Of a stretch of 6,936 bases of DNA, positions 5,294-6,936 are shown piece after piece. The stretch lies in assembly GCA_018985225.1 (NCBI GenBank), contig JADGIF010000537.1, forward strand, positions 1 to 6,936, written 5' to 3'. The DNA is from Amoeboradix gromovi X-113 (lineage: Eukaryota; Fungi; Sanchytriomycota). The notes under the pieces were generated by a model. It ran no database searches and had not been told where the DNA came from. It worked only from the letters and a program-made list of their open reading frames with translations. Made by a program: the position numbers and the translations under genes. Position 1 is the stretch's first letter. Each line of letters starts with the position of its first letter.

Positions 5294-6672
5294 ATGAGTT
5301 TGAGTCGGGAGAAGATTGATGATAAGCAGGCGTTTGTAAGCGAATGGCTATTCATTAATCCTTACGTACTGGATGTATCTGAGTTTAAAAATAAACACCC
5401 TGGTGGACAACTAGCTTTAGAACATGGCAAATATCAGGACATGTCAGATTATTTTGCAGTTTTTCACCCAGCAGGTACTGAAAAATACCTTAGCTACTAT
5501 TCTGTAGGTAAAATGTCAGAGTCGAATGTTAAATGGAACTCTAAATGTAAATACTCGCTAGAAGAAAGGAGCGCTATTAGTTCTGCATTGAATCAAATAC
5601 ACTCAAATACGGAAATGAATAAAAAGAGAGATGCAGTGATTGCAATGCATAATGATTTGCTAAACCAGGGTCACTATCAGACAGACTATGGATTTTACTA
5701 TCGCGAACTAGTGAAACTAGCACTTCTAGCTGCCTCAAGTGTGTTATTATTAGCGCACTCCTGGTATATAAGCAGTGCCATTGCTCTTGGTGTATTCTGG
5801 CACCAACTGGCTTTTATTGGCCATGATCTTGGCCACAATGCTGTTTCACATTCCTCTTGGGATTACAAGTTTGGAATTTTAGGTAATTTGTTTGGCGGTA
5901 TTTCTCTTGGGTGGTGGAAGTATTCTCATAACGTTCATCATATAATAACAAACGACCCACACCATGATCCTGATATTCAGCATTTGCCTTTTTTTGCTGT
6001 TACTACGGAATTCTTTAATTCTATTTATTCTTCTTTCCATCGTCGCAAGCTTGTATTCGATAGCCTTAGCCGCTTTGTTGTACGGTTTCAACACCACGTA
6101 ATTTCATTTTCACTTAGATTTATTATTTTGTGCTAATGTTTGGAAGATTTAATTTGTATGTCCAGAGTTATGTCTATTTATCTGGAATGTTGACCAACGA
6201 TAAAATAAAGTATAGAAAGATGGAGCTACTCTATATGCTTGGATTTGCTGGCTTGTACTTTACTTTGTTATCAAACGTACCGGGTGTGTTTAACAAGCTG
6301 CTCTACACGTTCATATGCCATGCATTGACTGCATTGCTACATGTTCAAATAACTTTGTCTCATTTTGCAATGGATACGAACACTCCACTTCACGAGAGCA
6401 TGCTGGATAGGATGTTAAGAACTACAATGGATGTGGACTGCTTTCCATGGATAGACTGGTTGCATGGCGGATTACAGTTTCAAACGACTCATCATGTGTT
6501 TCCAAGACTACCTAGAAACAAATTGAGGCTAATCAGAGTGCGACTTATGAAAATGGCAGAAGAATTAAATGTAGATTATAAAACAGTAGGGTTCCTCCAA
6601 GGAAATGGTATGGTGTTAAATGTACTGCGGTATGTGGCTAATTTAGCCAAGAAACACAACAAGATAGAGTAG
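5294..6672 (+). CDS. SLD1: Cytochrome b5-fused front-end desaturase, most like fungal delta-8 sphingolipid desaturase; join(5294..6097,6118..6672), 452 aa
   Basis: Has the HPGG haem motif and His boxes HDLGH, HNVHH and QTTHH. SLD-type segments: WWKxxHNVHHIITNDPxHDPDIQHLPFFAV, LHVQITLSHFAM, RTTMDVDC..W.DW.HGGLQFQ. Removing 6098-6117 fuses the two ORFs into RFQHH/IYYFVLMFGRFNLY. Delta-8 versus delta-6 specificity is inferred. Confidence 0.9.
6098..6117 (+). other. 20-nt spliceosomal intron, phase 0
   Basis: GTAATTTCATTTTCACTTAG has canonical GT/AG ends and is pyrimidine-rich. Excision restores both the frame and the family-like QHxxYYxxLxxxRFNLY spacing. Confidence 0.85.
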
Positions 6673-6688
6673 TGTGTTGAAAGAAAAA

Positions 6689-6700
6689 GTAAACAATAAA
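6689..6700 (+). terminator. Putative 3'-end/polyadenylation signal of the desaturase
   Basis: GTAAACAATAAA begins 16 nt after the TAG stop and includes AATAAA (6695-6700). Confidence 0.4.
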
Positions 6701-6936
6701 TTAATTCACTAATTATAAACAGCTTGGCAACTAGTTATGACCCTTGCAGAAGTATCTATCTGCTACTTGTGAAAACACGGCTGTAGTGAAAATAACTAAC
6801 GTAGTCAAGAAATGCATCATAACAATAAGTAAAACATTTATTTACGGAAACCACGAGAACAAAGATTGATTAGAAAATGCACCGGTGGTGAATGAAGAAT
6901 CAATGTTTCCATAGTTGTCTCTGAAAGACGACTGAG

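Noticed and set aside
5879-6097. 72-aa minus-strand ORF
   Set aside because: Antisense shadow of the desaturase.
6090-6140. Desaturase as two genes, a pseudogene or a programmed frameshift
   Set aside because: A canonical 20-nt GT-AG intron restores both the frame and the conserved spacing, which a simple frameshift would not.
6842-6934. Minus-strand open frame entering from the window edge (QSSFRDNYGNIDSSFTTGAFSNQSLFSWFP*)
   Set aside because: Only 30 codons are visible and no motif is recognisable. It may be the end of a neighbouring gene but cannot be supported here.
1-6936. Alternative genetic code (TAR=Gln or TGA read-through) explaining the stops in the element remnants; CRISPR array, tRNA or rRNA
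   Set aside because: Host genes end at TAA/TAG at the expected C-termini and have no internal stops, and the remnants also contain frameshifts. No repeat-spacer array or tRNA/rRNA signature was seen.

Overview
AT-rich, gene-dense eukaryotic DNA in the standard genetic code. The proteins look fungal, probably from an early-diverging lineage; this is inference, not proven. There are four apparent host genes: a peptidase inhibitor I9 protein (1135-1353 +), a convergent coiled-coil protein (1358-1840 -), pyruvate kinase (3132-4703 +) and a cytochrome b5-fused delta-8 sphingolipid desaturase (5294-6672 +). The two desaturase ORFs are joined by a 20-nt GT-AG intron (6098-6117). The intergenic DNA contains two separate decayed Fanzor2/TnpB-type RNA-guided nuclease remnants: 412-786 on the - strand, and about 2545-2950 on the + strand, which the ORF track misses. 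Each keeps the RuvC-II, zinc-ribbon and RuvC-III end and has small hairpins where an omega-RNA would lie. The second remnant directly abuts a probable piggyBac-like transposase remnant (about 1892-2552). All family calls come from motif recognition by eye; no search was run.
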